DNA of 64,000 nt from Ramazzottius varieornatus (GCA_001949185.1 BDGG01000001.1:3675324-3739323), one strand, 5' to 3'. Counted from the stretch's first letter, positions 34,401-49,259 are shown. Made by a program: numbers and translations. The notes: a model not told the origin generated them from the letters alone.

Positions 34401-37400
34401 TCGACCGAAAGAATTCCCTTTATGGCCAGCAGGCTAATTATTTCACAAAGCGAGCCTTTCTTGACGCATGGCTGAGTCTTTTATGGGGGATTTTTCAAAG
34501 CTTTAAAAACATCCATAGAACCGCTACTCTTCTGCTGATACGAGTCAAAGTCGAGCCGCGAAAATCCTTTGCGCCCTGACGCGTTCCACTTTGTGCCACC
34601 TGCAGCGCAACCCATCCCTTTCCAGCCAAGCGATAATGCCAACGAGGAAGTGTCCATTATGATAACGGACAAAAAGTATCCATAGCCAGGTCACAAAAAC
34701 ACTAAACGATTACGAAAACTGTTTGGCCAATTTTGTTACAGTTTCTCCTTTGTTCTCTGCCGACCCATAACAGCAGCGCCCTCTTGGAACAGAAAAAATC
34801 AGAAGCCTGCATACGGCATGCCGTACATTAACATGGGACACGAGTATGCGGATGGGTGCAAAACTTGACTTGGTCCATTCCAACCCCGCAGCCATCTTCT
34901 TTCTAGACACACGAGTCATTCCTTCATGTCCACGTGTTCTCTTCTTTCGGCATCAGATTCATTTTTAGCTTATCTCTGGGACAGGTTGATGGACAAGTCC
35001 AGGGGAACGACTAGATTAGTCATGGATGGATGAGTGGGATTTGTGATTGTCTACGTCTGACTGGCACTGCCTTCGTTCCAAAGCAGTGCTTTCTTCGCAT
35101 GCTTTTCGTGAATATTTTCTGCAGACTTTGTAAGGTGAGGACAGAAGACAAGCAGGCGAATCCCCGAAGCGCATAATGACACGGCCACCAAGCGAATTGT
35201 GGCGGTGTGAAAGAGACTAGCCGAAGCTCCCGTGGCTTCCTTCGTATGCGAGCTGCCATCTTTGACTTTTATCTTGTCGCTCATCGGAAGCCTCCGGGTC
35301 CTTCTGTCCTTGCTACTGTCTTGTTAGCCTTCTGCCTTCGATCCGTCAAATCCGAATGACCGTCCTTGCACCAAGCCACCTCAGGGACTTCAGCCGATGT
35401 TCGTGATACAGGAAGGAGCCAAGAAGTCCGCTGGCGTAGATGAGACAGAAGGGTTTGCTGGAGCGAAGCTGAGTGATACCGGCATCGCTAAAGTCAACAC
35501 CTTGCCTGCACGCACTTTGAAACTGCCAGAGAAATTACCTCGCCGTACTCATAAATTATTACGCCACGGTAATAACAGGGTATGGTCAGTGTTTCATAAC
35601 GCCGAAGTGGTATGACGCGTTTCAAAGCCCGGAAAGAGCGAAAGCACCACATGTGCAGAAGGGCGTTTTTCATGTGGAATAAATATGGAGGAATCATCTG
35701 GCTGGCGCTTGACGTCGTCCACTACTGACCCTCTTTTTGAAGATAAATTTATGAAAAGATGGCAATCACAGTCTCGCTGGTCAGCCGCAGAATCTGCCCC
35801 CCTTTCCACGTAAATCATGATGGAAAATTACAGTGTAACTCTGTCTCTTCGTTTCAAGGACCAATGCCTGCTATAATCTCTCATTTTAAAATATACCGCC
35901 TCGCTCAACCTGATTCCCAGGCTTTTCTTTTCATTACCTGCGGACATACATATTTTACTATCATTTCCTCAGAACCATATGGGAACTGGACATGTATGGC
36001 CGAGATCGGCTTGACGGAGCGACGGATGTGCTCTGATGGCCAGATCATGTCGGCCATCCATACATCATATTTTACACTCATCTGTCTTCTCAACCAGCTC
36101 AAAAACAATAATCCCAGAAGTCCATTTTATCGCTTTCGTGGTTTAATGGGTGTGAATGTTTTCCTCGCTGGAAGAAAAAAGCCATTTGTCGTTGAGAGGA
36201 ATGTGTGTAAGTTAGAGAACTGCTGTCGTGTGCTGCCAAATATCTAGATTAATTTCTCCTGAAAACTTAACGAGCTCGAAACCAAGATTGCAATGAGGGC
36301 CTATCACCCACAATCAGGCTTTAATGTTTCGACGTACCAAGAAACCAATGAGAGAGGTTCGCGGACCAAAAGTATCAGTTTAGCCCACCTGCATACAGTA
36401 AGTCGCATACTCACTGTGAAGCGCGTGTATGCAGGTACGTGCCATGGCGGCGATTTCGTTTGCAACCTTTCCGCTAATTTTCAATTGACACACCACGGGT
36501 TGCTTTGTTGGTAGGCGAAAGGTCCTCCGAGAGTCGGTCTAGATACCTTACAGTGGATTCCGGAAGAGAAATAAGCACTTGAAGAATTAGAGTGGACTAA
36601 GTTTGCTTGATGGAGCAGCACAACCTAAAATTCATGTAATGGCTCGTAATGAAGTCTCGGCGACTTTGCTCCGTTTCCATACGTTTTGAATATGGTTTCT
36701 TGATCTCCAGAGTAATCTGGGAGACTTAATGTAATCACCCTGGCCATTTTAACTTCACACTTGACTGGTCACCGCAGTGCCCCAAAGACCTGTCATCATC
36801 AATCTTGAGGTGGCGTAAGCGAGCGCGGGTTTTTTGCAAAGACCCTCACAGCGTCGACTAATAGACAACCCACTGCGTGGCTGTCATAGTGTCGACAAAC
36901 ACTGCCGCTTCAACAATCCCTAGGAAACTACGAAACAATTTTCAAAAACCAATTTGTCCAACAATGCAGAACCGAGACTTGACCGACAGACCCTTCTGGG
37001 CATAATTGACACCTGCAATTGTCACAACAGCGGAAAAATACTCTCACTGTATGTACCTCAGATTCCCACAATATACTTTTCATTACTTGTTTCCTCCACG
37101 GGAATATTATTTTTCCGAAGAATTGTCTGAAAGTTTCAGCTTGAAAATTCGTAATAACTTTCATGATGGTTTTACGGTCAGACCTTCCATAAATATGATC
37201 GATCAGGAAACAACGTCTCTCACATGCGGCAGCATTGCGTGTGTCCCGGCAATTTTCCTCCTTGTGGCCATATTTATGGACTTCGATAGGATCACTCTTG
37301 CCTTGTTACAGCCTTTTAAATTACTCTTTCGTTTTGCATCACATTGAATAACTACCGTCATAATCGTAAACGTGTTTAGCAGACAGATTGCCGACTAAAA

Positions 37401-40400
37401 GCTCCCCATTTTCATATGGTCTTAACCGTTGTACGATGTACCACCGTGGACCTCACTTTCTTCTCGTTTCAACCAGACAGAATAAATTTGTGGCTGCCCA
37501 AATTCAACTCAAAGCCTCATTAGTGTAATTTCACGTGGTACCCCCTTCCGGAAAGACAGTTGTCTTGTCAATACATGAACGAGCAGTAGCTCGGACCATT
37601 TTATAATATGGACAAAATTGTCTGCGATCGCTGCAAGGAAGAGCAAACTGTGGAACATTTCCCACGACCACTGACCCCTTACTTTAATGGTCACTTGCTC
37701 CCCCAGCCAACTCCTATAAATTTTCCTAGCATGCTAAAGGCCTCCCGAGACTATCATACTCCATACGGAACATATGGCCCACATACTGCCCATGTATTGG
37801 CTTTTAAAAACAATAAAGAGGCCCAATGTCCATATTAGCGTTTAACAGCTGGATCGTTTCTTCAGCCCCTACATGCCAATAATCTTCTCCGTCTTGTCAA
37901 AACAAGACATGTATCAAAACACATCGCAAATACTATACCTTCGCTTTCTAGAATCTCAAATCTTGACCAAACAGCCTTTTAACGCCGAAGGAACCTAACG
38001 AACCTCCTTCAAGAAAAGTCAACCCGGTTCACATTGCTGAAATGCTAACGAGATGCCTGCAAGTTCAAGAATGCGTTCAGACTTGAAAATTCGGCCTATA
38101 GTTTGTCTTTGTCCGCTGGTCATTGCTACCTGAAGGAGCACATAGTTATTCTGCCATAGTGTTATGAAGAGGTGAGTAAATTATGCCGGAGTCTGCACCC
38201 TTGCCGGTGAATTGGCATGACTTCCTCGCTGTAGCCCGACCTAGCCAACGTCCGGCAGAAGGGACAACACCTATGCTCGGCATGCTTCATATTCATGCAT
38301 TCTGACCTCCTATTATCTATTCTCATACCCGTAGCTGCCTCTCTCCAAAGGCTCGAGCCGCCATCCTCGGCCAATATGGCGAGCGCCAGTGCCTTCAAAC
38401 GCTGCATAATCACCACAAGGTAATCGAATGTGGAGGTGGAATCGGCGCCAGCTCTGAAGGACTCCAGCGAATATTAGTATTTCATGACAATAAATTATTC
38501 AATAAAGGTTGGCGGAATATCACCCTGCGTCTTGACTTTTCTCAAGACGCTGCAGAATTTTATTCATGAAAATTTTATTACGTGAGCCAGGCTAGACCAG
38601 CGAGGCGGGGAACAAATCATCCATACTTTTGCAAGCACCTGCGTACTCGAATAGTGCGGCAGATGCGCGGTTCGATGTACGCAGGTGCCTGTCTGGTGTT
38701 TCTTCGGCTCTTTACTGCTCGTAAATTCTTAGGCGACACCTGAAACGGCAAAACCTGATTTCAATCAGTTCATAATCCATATTTAACTACAGCTCTATAT
38801 AAACTATTCACGCAATGTCGAGCAGTTGAAGGAGAGTCTCGTCCATTGGTCATCGACTGGCAGCAGCTGCGAATAAGACGCTATTTCAAGACCTTATCAC
38901 CATGCATATTGCATCAGATGTAAAACAATGTGGTGGTAATTAAAGCAGACCCAACCCAGACATCTTGGAGTGTTTATCGGCAGCTTTGTAGCATCATACA
39001 AAGATTTATGGATTCATAGTTGCACCTATTGAAAGAAGAGCTTTCGTCGCCGTCGTTATCTGGCTCACTCTACCACACATTACATACTTCTCTGCCATAA
39101 AGCCTCGCGTATCCCTATTCCCTCCTGTCAACTGACATCGCTCTTTCGCAATAAATGAAACTGGCGATAGCGTATCTTCATGAGCATGAATTTCCTGTCC
39201 TTTATGCAAGATCGATTTCTCAAAGAAAACCTACGGCAGAAACTTCGAAATATTGTATCCACATTGAGCCGCGCAGTACCCGAAATATTCGCGCATAATC
39301 TCCATTCCCGTTCGTTTCGCGCATGCAGCGATTTCGTTTAGCATACAAGAACAGAGTGAACCTATATTTTTTTCTCGCAATTTCTTCTGGAAAGCATTGA
39401 CGCGTGAACGCGGGCGTGAGCTTTAGGTGTCTTTCGTGCCGAAGATGCGTTTCCATTTTACGTGCTATACGTGAATGTCGTGCCTGTCTTGACCAGGATA
39501 TTATAGAGGCGGCATCCTCATAGTGCTCGGGTGGAGTAGATTAAGACAACGACGAAGCCGCACGACGTCTATTCGCCCATGACAAAGGTTGCTTTCCCCT
39601 ACGAATACGCGGAAGAAAAAGGTAACTATGCACGGCAGCCGGAAAGAATATTATGGCCGTTGAGGAAAGACAAAGAACCCCCATCAAGGGCCAGGTAGAA
39701 AGAAAGAGTCGGCATTGGTATTCATCATATCCCCCCAGCTACCTTCATCTTTTCAATTTGCACTGGCCAGTGTCCTTCCTCGTTCCTTTCCTCCTTCACG
39801 AGAGGAACTAGGACCAAATATACCCAAGTCCCATCAAGGCGTAATCAGAGCACTTGAACAGTGCCTCGTTAAATCCCAGCGTGTTCAGAAGAGGCTCCAC
39901 TTGAACAGCAGCCATTTTCAGGCTCAAATGCCCCTTCACAGGCTATCTGACACCCTGGACGAACGTTCCGCTGTTCCACCAGCCAAATTACCTTTCCTCT
40001 CAGCGACACCTGAACTCCCTCCGAAAATCCTTCTAACTTCGACAGCTAGGTCCATCCACCTGCTATTCCATTACGCGCAGTCCCAAAGGTCCATTCAGTC
40101 AACCTGGCCATTAATTTCATTAGCTCATGGTGGAATTTGGAAGCAAGGTTCATCTACCGATAATTAAATTATAACGAACTCATTAATCAAATCGATCCAC
40201 AATTTGAACCTGTATACACTCTTTACTCGTTTACTCGTATGGTCGCCGTGTCAGGCATAATATTTGAAATTTTCATACACTTTCTAATTTGCCATGATTT
40301 GCTACCCTTTCTGGAAAAACCACCCGATGACCAGACGGAGAACCCTTCGGGTTATTTACTGTAATTTCTTTCCATTTCACAATCTTCTTAATTTGTAAGA

Positions 40401-43194
40401 AAATATTGATGGCGTTCTTATGACAAATATGACTGCAATAGTAACAATAATCAGCTGGTCGAAGTTTACACGATGGCCTGGAAAGCGTCTGAAGCTCCAA
40501 AAGCACCACTGGCACTGGATTCGATCGCCATTATGAGCAAGGCGTGAGAACGCATAGGTAAATATTACCCCGGAAAAGGGGCGACATTGTTGCACATTTT
40601 CAAACAAGGACATTTTCAAATTTACCTCTATCCTCTTCACAACCCCTACAGTTACTCTTCTATATTCATTAAATTCATGATCAATATTGGACGAACAAAA
40701 TCCCCATTATTGCAACGCAGGAAGTTACTCGCCTCTTCCCTTAATTCCCATGTTGGTACACTGCCTTGAAAGCTCCACAAACGTACCTGATCTTTACTGT
40801 ACTTCCAACAGCTTCGCCAATTACATAAGCCCTAGAATGGTTTAGAGTGATACCTCAAAATGAATTTTCACATCGCTACGGAAAACTTTTACCAAAATCT
40901 TGCGGGAAGGGAGAAACTGGCGCTTTCCTCTCTGACTTTTCATTGTGGTACCGACAAGGCTTGTTCAAACTTCTTTGTCTACTTCGCTCGCCCTTCGCCA
41001 CCAGTCTTTCCGTGTTCCTCAAGCCAGCTTAGCTCAAAATCTTTCTCCGAAGAAGGGGAAACGATTTATTCAAGCGATAGTGGACGCTGGTCAGTCGAGC
41101 TTTTCCTCGAAGCAAGGCAGCTTAGCTTGCCTTGCTTTCCTTCATTATAAAGCAGCCCACCAATCGTCATTTGACAATGTCGCGCAAGGTGCAGTGTGCA
41201 CACCGGCAGAAATGCGTCTTTCCTTCTGGACCAACCAACGTATCAAATCACTCCACACCGGCTTTGTCCACTGGTCAGCTGGTCCGGCCATCGTTTAGAC
41301 AGCGCTGTAGAAAGTCCATCAAGAGAGATCAAGAAGCATCTGATTTTAGCTTTCACGTCTTTTCAACCGGAACTACTGACCAAACAACTGTTAACGCTCG
41401 TAAAGCCAGATTCTATTACCAATACAGTATATTCTATCCGGTGTATTGATATTAACGGTAAAGCCATACCGGTAAAGCAACTCGCCATGTTCGAGTTTTT
41501 GAAGTGTCTCATTTTTTTGTGGCGCAAAGTCAAAAATGAATTCAACAAAGAAGCTTTGTGTTGTAGAGCTCGCTGGTTGATTGGCGACCCACACTTGTTC
41601 TGGCAGAGTAGGTTTCATAATGGTTCTTCGGAGACTTGACACAGTTTGACACAGTTTTGCCTGCTCAAAAAGCAGCGATCAAACTTAAATCAACACACTT
41701 GTCGGCTGGAATTAATACCAGTTTATAGCTTGTCGTCTGGCTTATGGAGAGCTCTGGCGGCATCGGCGTACAGTACAATAAACCGCTGAAGTGGGCAATG
41801 CAATCCACGGCGAGAAAACGCGATCAATTACATGAGAATAACCTTCGACAAAAAATAATTACGCAGACACATGCCTCGGCTGCGGCAGTTTCCTCGTTGA
41901 CTAAACTCGTCGGAAGAGCTTTGTCCACCGTCACAAACGTACCTATAGTCGTCGAGGACAGAGTTAGTGTTACACTTGAATGATTAGTAGCAACTTTTTT
42001 TAATCATCCTCACTTGAGCAAGCAAAGCAAGCTCAAACATGGACGCTCACGTTCAACTGTTGCGCTAAAGCCACCGTTGCCTTCGTTATTTTACAGCCAG
42101 TCCTTAACCTTGGCTTACAGCTTGATCTCCTCAGTCAACGAGGCCCTTCCGGCTGACAAACATAGATCCCTGGCTGAACAAGAGACCGTGGAAAAAGCAC
42201 CACAAAGCCTTTTCAATAACTACAAGTGGGATTTCTCTTCCGTTGAAAACTACAATTAAGAAAGATCGTTAATCACAAAGCGCGCGAAGTCACCCGGGGG
42301 AATCTTGGTCCGAAGTGCGGACAGGCATTACGATCAGAGCAACGGTCCGATCGTAATGCCTAGCCGGAAACAGCCTGAAAGAGTCGCCTCGGTTTCGCCT
42401 GGTTGCTGCCTTTGATTATATTTACCTACAAAGAGAAGACTGTGACAAGAAACGTCAAGATTTTTTGGACGCAGCCTGCCACCGGCGAGAGCCAAGTTTG
42501 CCAGCCTACAAAGACCATAATTATAAAAGAAGACGAAACCGAATGTGATGCACCAATAATTTCCCTACCGTCATATCTTCCTTTGTTAGGCTACAAATTA
42601 TGTACCAGCATACTGCAGATCATAAAGTCAAACAACCATATGCCTCGCGTCGTTATGTGCCGCAGCGACTTCATAAACGGGAGTATTTGGCTACGCTCGA
42701 TACCAACCAGCAATGCACTATTTCGGCCAAAGGACGGACCACGATGCCGGACATCATAAAGGCATCCGTATGAACCATCAAAAGAAACCTGAGAAGCTGT
42801 TGGATCCCCCTTGAAATCACTGATCCTGACACCAACATAAACATACGCTTGATTAATGACTTTTGGTCAACATAAACAAGCAAAAGGCGGACAACATCGC
42901 AATAAGCTGGTTTCTGAAACCACTTAACAATCAAGCGTACGATTCAGCAAAACAAGAAAGTGGGAGCTGTGGGTCGGCACGGCCCTGTTCGGGACCGCGC
43001 CTCAATCTGATTGTTGATCAATCAACAACACGGGACTCCAGAATGATTAAAAGTCTAATCTGTATTCTACCTTTCCTCCTGGCACTCCTCATTTCCTCCT
43101 TGGTGACTCGGATATTGGCGTTTGCTCATTAACACTTACCGGATGAGATGAGACAAATGAATCCGGCAACAGCAGGAAACGCTGCTGTTCCCAT
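28474..43194 (-). CDS. ed: Echinoid-like IgSF cell-adhesion molecule (about 7 Ig + 2 FN3 + TM + PDZ-binding tail)
   Basis: Ig motifs (DGDYYC, SAGEYSC, DNGDYEC, DLGEYQC), FN3 (LTWDSGFDGGYPQ...YTFKLRSENQLG), TM LDIILPIVLILALGLVSCMIFIMC, C-terminus RKVIREIIV* as in Drosophila Echinoid. Signal-peptide exon 43194-43140 (MGTAAFPAVAGFICLISS, donor g|gtaagt) joins in phase to the exon at 32992 across a ~10.1 kb intron (this join is inferred). Confidence 0.88.
36386..36437. repeat. CACCTGCATAC-N30-GTATGCAGGT inverted motif, copy A
   Basis: Arms 36386-36396 and 36427-36437; spacer exactly 30 nt. Confidence 0.75.
38635..38688. repeat. GCACCTGCGTAC-N30-GTACGCAGGTGC inverted motif, copy B
   Basis: Perfect 12-bp arms; spacer 38647-38676 = 30 nt. 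Confidence 0.8.
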
Positions 43195-46100
43195 GATGAA
43201 AGGCGAAACGATTCCAGGTGAGTTGGATGCGACGGCTGGAATAATCCGGTTTCTCTTTCTGACACCTCGTTTCGTGCAGGTTAAAAGGACGCGATAGTGG
43301 CTGCTGAGTGTAGAGGAGGAAAACCCAAATCCGGTTTGATTACTACACTGCTGTCACTGCAATAGAAAGAAGAAAGGGAGTTTGATGGAGTTTGGAATTT
43401 CGCGTCAGTCAAAAAGGTATTGTGCAAAGCTTTTGGCTTTGCTCATCAGTAAAAAGGGGTGTTTCGACATCAACCCTCGCAGGCAAGAATATTCTTCTCC
43501 AGAACGTAATACTGACAACTGATGGACCAACAAATTGCAGTACATGAGAAAGTTATGGGAGATGCTTAGAAAGCTGAAACCACTGTCCAGAATTATGTTA
43601 CACCAGTGACTTTGATAGCGGCGCGACTAGGCTGACGCAGGCCGTCAGTCTGCGCCAGCTTCTCAAGGAGAGAACAATTGGTTCGATGGACGTACGTACG
43701 TCGTAGGGCGCTTTTGCGCAGGTGTGCCGGGCTTATGAGGAAGCATGGGCGTGGTTAAGAGTAATGCAATGGAAACCGCAATCAGAGAGAAAGTGCTGAC
43801 GATAGTCACGATACCGCTCAGGCATGAGGTGTCCTCGGTTCGAATCTGCTTTCGGACTGCGTTTTTAGCTTTCAATTCGCCGGAAACTTTCGGACATATT
43901 CTTGGGGGCTGAAGACGGATATCTGTATACTGAGAAGAGGGAGCTTTCGACTGCGCGACTATACGTTTTGGTCCTCCAAAATCCCAGCTCGTGACGAACC
44001 GAACCAGACCAGGGCCAAAGAGAAGGACTGCAAGAAAGTCCGATGTTCTCCTTCAGGTGTTCGGTTCAGAAGTGACACTGGCTATCGGTCCTTGCCGCCA
44101 GGTTACAGCCGAAATTGCTCATAGATTGCCAGAGGGAACGTATGCATTACTTGCTACATTAATACCTAGGGCGCTATCTCTCTGCAGTGAAAGCTATTAA
44201 TAAATCAAAGAAGCGCTACCGCTCGATCGCCTCTTCCTTCCTCGTTGGCGCTCGGACAGTGCAAACAGCGGAATATGGGAGACGCCTGGTGCACTCTACC
44301 TACGGCTGACTGCCGCTCGCTCACCTTCCTCTTCCTGAATCCCTGCTGTTGCATCCAGAAAGGAAAGAGTCCATAGGTGTGCATAAAGCCCTTCAATGAT
44401 TAGAAATCATCCCGGCGTTCTGTCACTTTAATCGGCATAATGGTAATCAATAACTGACCACTATTTGTTCGTTTCAGGGTATTGTGGAGGCAAAGAGCTC
44501 AGAGCATGTTGCCTTCTGTAACGGCTTTGCATGAAAAGGAAATGTATTTGCATCCCATATTTGGGGCTACACTTTTCAAGAGGAGCATAACTTGATAAGC
44601 GCTCAGGTTTCCACAATAGATAGCTAATCAAAAGCGTCAATATCGCTTAGAAAGAGTACGCGGTATATGATATGTTATGTAATCGTCTGCTGTTTTTTAA
44701 GCCGGGCAGATGGTCAATAAAAAGCGGGCAAGAGTAAAGTCAAGACCTCCAAATGAGCTCTTCGGCTTGCTTCTCAAGCACACCCTCCAGATTTCAATAA
44801 TCTTCTATGGTCGGGTTTTCTGCTGGGGATTACAGCAAGGGGGGAAGCTCATACACGCTGTTGATTCAAGATCAGATCGCCAAGCTGGGTAAACACAACC
44901 CAAAGCCGCAGGTTACGACATCTGTCTTCGATTTTCTGAGCAGATTTTTTATCAATCAACAGCCCTTACTCAAACAGTGAAACAGTTTGTTTGTTGGCTC
45001 TTCGGATCAACCCAGAAATCAACGGGGAAATAAGACCTCCTTTACTGTATCAAAATATTACTCTGGTTTGACCCAGAAGTCATAAGACAATTTGTTCAGA
45101 TTCAATCAAAATTTATTTGATGTTGTGTTATTATATTTTGCACTAGTCAATTTGAAGCAAGGACCTCAATAACAATTAGCGAACTGCCAGTTTGCTTAAA
45201 ATTTATTATAAATGACGAGGTTCCCGGAGTGAAAAAGAGATGCTAAATAAAAATGGCCGTATAACTCTTCTGATGATGGGCCATTCCCAAGAGCAGATCA
45301 CCTGCTTGAGAAAGTCTTTTGAGAAAATAAGCTCTCCTTTGACCGGTTGCCGGCAAGAGGTCTTGAGGCTGACGACAGCAGGTAACTCTACCCTTGCCGA
45401 CCACTGCAAGTAAACCGAAACTTCAAGCTTCTGATCCATCACCAGAGCGTTCATTAGCGGCAATACGTAAAAAGGAAAACGCTCGGTGGAGCATTTCGGT
45501 TGACCGGCGGAAACTAGAGCCGAGGCAGACATGCGGCTCCACCCGGCCTGGGAGGAAGATCGACGTTGTGCGACGTTCCGCGTTATGCACCTGTCCATCA
45601 AATGCAAAGCAACACTGCCAAATGACCACAGCCGATTGTCGGAAAGAGCAACATGGCCTTCATTGTGACCTAGCTGTTCGCCATACAAGTCACTCACTGC
45701 TACAAGAGCTACAAAGAGTGTTTCTTGACAAATTACGGAAGTAATTTTCCTGTGGTTTCTGATCGTCGACAAACTTAATGGCTACGCTACGGAAGAGTTT
45801 CCTACGTCTACATCCTCGTCTCTAATTCATAGGCGTATAGCTGTGAGGTAAAATGACTTTGAGAAGATTTATTGGCAAATTGATAATTACACCGTTCGAC
45901 GTTTCAGTCTTAGAGGACAATTTATTGCTTTGTAGTTTGCACTCGCTCATCTGAAGGACAGGTTTTTTAGTGCTGAACAAAACCTCCCACGCAGTTTTTG
46001 TTACGGTGTTTTTTCCGAGGTTTGGTATTACGGTTAACAAAAGATAGTGGAGGACATCTACGCGTGCGTCGTCCATCCGAGATAAGCATAGATGAGTTGG

Positions 46101-49100
46101 GCGTTCGTTAGTTCCCATGTGAATTAACCTCAAATACACGGGAGGTAAATAATTGATAAAGCCGCAAATTGCTGGCTTTGCAAACTTGATGAAGTGCAGC
46201 CTTCGCGCATCCCTTGCTCTGCTGAAAGCACTCTGGTCAAATTTCTAAACTCATTACGGGAGTAATCAGGAATTAGTTTCGAGCTGGTTCATGAGCTCAA
46301 GTTGCAGTGCCGATCTGGCGAGGTATGCAGGTCTTTTAAGGGTAAAAGGTCGGATATTCACCGTAAGGGCATAAAACTGAAGTAAATTAAGCTCGGTAAT
46401 CCTAAAAGGGGCTTTACATCAGACTGACCATTCAGGTAGGACCTAGTAAGCCACTTGTCCAGCCAGCTCAAGGACCTTCGGCCTCCCTATGGTCAACCGA
46501 TCGCAGAATGGTATCGCCTCTAAACCGGCAACAATACTACTAACTTCTCAGATACAACGTCTCAGCTTTCCAGGCCGGAAGTTCTTTATTTCGAACTTCG
46601 AAGTTGGGTTTTCCGGGTCTCGGTGTCGAGGAAGGCTCGTGCAGATGGCGCCCCTGTACATGCAGACCAGTGATTTTTGAATCAAGAACCTATATACATT
46701 ATTCTGCAGAAAGAGAACGAAGAGCTTACTAGTCTTTAAACGGAAAGGTGACAGGTCGGTCGGCAGGAAATTACATTAGGGGTAGGAGTGTGCTCTGAGG
46801 GGTTACGCCTTGTTCATACACGGTATCTAATGCGGTGACCACATCACTCAATTAGAATAACAACTTCACATTTTTTAGCTTTGTTGTACGGGTTTTACAA
46901 TAGAGTTTAGACAAAAACAATATTAATGTTTCGCTTTCTTATAGATGTGCTCCCCGTTCTCTATTACGAGTACATGGATAACTGACACACCTCTCTTCAT
47001 AGCCCGCGAAGTTCCTGGAGGTTTCAGTGGACAAAAACCTCGGAAACTGGGCGTTTTTCAGTAGCTCCCGAAGAAAAAGATCGAAAAGGGTTCTTCGAGA
47101 TTTCCGAAGGACCTCCGGTATTGATCGATAAATGGAAGGCCTGAGTCAGCAACGCCGTTGCTGGGTTCTTTGACGGTTCGCTAGTTCGTCGCAGCAGCTT
47201 GTCTACATGGCGCGCTTACATCGCTAGACCGATCAAGTACGCGATGAGGTTTTGGACTAAATCTTTCGACAACTCTTATCGGCGGAAGAATGAGCTGTTG
47301 AACGATGGTCTCCGTTAATTGTGATAGAGTTGCACACATTCCGCATGGGTCATGCGGAGCACATTGGCTAATTACCCTTCTAGTCCAAACAGATATGACA
47401 TTGTGCTGCTAGCTGACCAGTGAGGAGATGAACTGCCAAATTCATCAGTTATGTATCAGTCTATGGCGACCAAATTTCAAGACATCTCCACAATGAGACA
47501 TGACAAAGTTCTAACTAATGACTCTGAATTTTATTAACCGATAACGTATAGCTCCGTTTTGCTTGGACGGTCTCCGTACACGTACGGATATTGCACTGCT
47601 TTTACTGGGTCTCCCCACAAGCATTTCGCCGCATGCTGTGTGGGCGTTTATCGGTTGAGTCTGCTGAGCTCTTCAACGACCGCGTTGCTAAATATAAACC
47701 GTGCTCAGGTCCGAGCGGGCACTTGATGGTCCTTGTCATCAATCACTAATGCAAATTTTGTCAAAAACATTGCGAATCCCTAATGGGTCAAGATCATTGT
47801 CAGCGCTTTGCAGACTTCACTGTTAATGGTAGTTCATTGTTCATTCGCACAGTTCCTTATCGAGAGTCTACTCCGTGCAAGCAATGAGGTTCTTCGATAG
47901 AGGCTCAAAGAACCACGTGGGAAGCCTCTGAACCTGAATACACTGTAATCTTATGTTAATCCGGTCTGTAAGTGTGCGAGACATGGCTTTGCAGATCACA
48001 CCATATTGGCCCATAACTCCATTTGAAAAAAAACGGCGTCGGGTCGCCGATCGTAAAGAACAGTAAGTACAACAGAAAAAAATTAGTACAAGCATGCCTT
48101 AATGCTCGATTCGGACGGAAGGCGTCGAAAGCTATTAGGGTAGCGGAAAGTGGGCGCGGTTACCACCTTTGCTGATCGGCACGTATCGTAATCTCGTTCC
48201 GAGTATATTAGACACTTTATTGATATATCCGCGGCGAGTCGTGGCCATTATAACTATCAGAGCAATGCAAAAAGACCGTGTAAAAAGGCGAATGTGGTCG
48301 ACGGAATGTCCATCGTTATTCGAGCTTAGGCGACCGTAATTGTTTTGGACATTAATATGGTAGATATGGAGTCAGAACTAAACCCCACACAATGTACTGT
48401 ATTGTGTTCGACCACTCGTAGGGTTTCCTGAACGTCGAATGTGAGAGACTTGCACTGCTATTAGATTTTGTAATATCTTATAATTACAGGTCATAACGGC
48501 TCTTGGACGGTACTTTCATAATTTGGTGGAACGCCTCTTAACCCACAAAAAGAAGCAATTCATGTCAGGAAAAAGAAGTCAGGTGTGTGCCGCCGTATGA
48601 AAGGTTTTTCGTTCTGATCGAAACTATACGTACACGATACAGATTCGGTCATCGTGTGAACTGTCATGTATTCGGCGCAAGCGCTTCGCACCTACACGCA
48701 TAGAGATCCAAGTGACGCTCAAGCGGAAGTTACAAATCTTTGAAGAGGAGCGGATAATGTGAAGACGTGCGAGTGGGCGGAAATTGCCAACATCAACGCA
48801 AGGAATAAAGGTACCAACGCTCGTCATTGTTCTTGCGTGAATCGTCAGCTTTGCTTATGCAAGAACACCAGGTATCATTAAGCCCAAATGTGCTTTGCAA
48901 TCATAGATTCAGGTGCTAAGACAAACGCGATAATGCGTGGGACCACAGACACACGCTTGCGTTCCCACGCATCAGCTACCATACAAGATCGACATTGAAG
49001 ACGGAGATCGAGACCAAGTTCACTTCCTGCATGACCACTCGCATCATTATCTCCACGCTGGTTGACAGCTACCAAGTGGAATCAAGAGATCGTCCGTGCT

Positions 49101-49205
49101 TCCTCTAACCTTTAAAGAGTCTTGAAGCTTTCTGTCCCAGAAAACGCTACACAGGAAGCGAAGCAGCTCTTCGACCATCCATACGGACAAACGGGATGGC
49201 GACAC

Positions 49206-49259
49206 GCACCTGCATACGCGTAACCATCACATCGCTCCAGGGTTCTTGTATGCAGGTGC
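49206..49259. repeat. GCACCTGCATAC-N30-GTATGCAGGTGC inverted motif, copy C
   Basis: Perfect 12-bp arms; spacer 49218-49247 = 30 nt. Confidence 0.8.

Noticed and set aside
43043-43132. Plus-strand hydrophobic peptide MIKSLICILPFLLALLISSL as a signal peptide
   Set aside because: It stops after about 29 codons, no downstream exon was found, and it lies antisense at the start of the echinoid intron.
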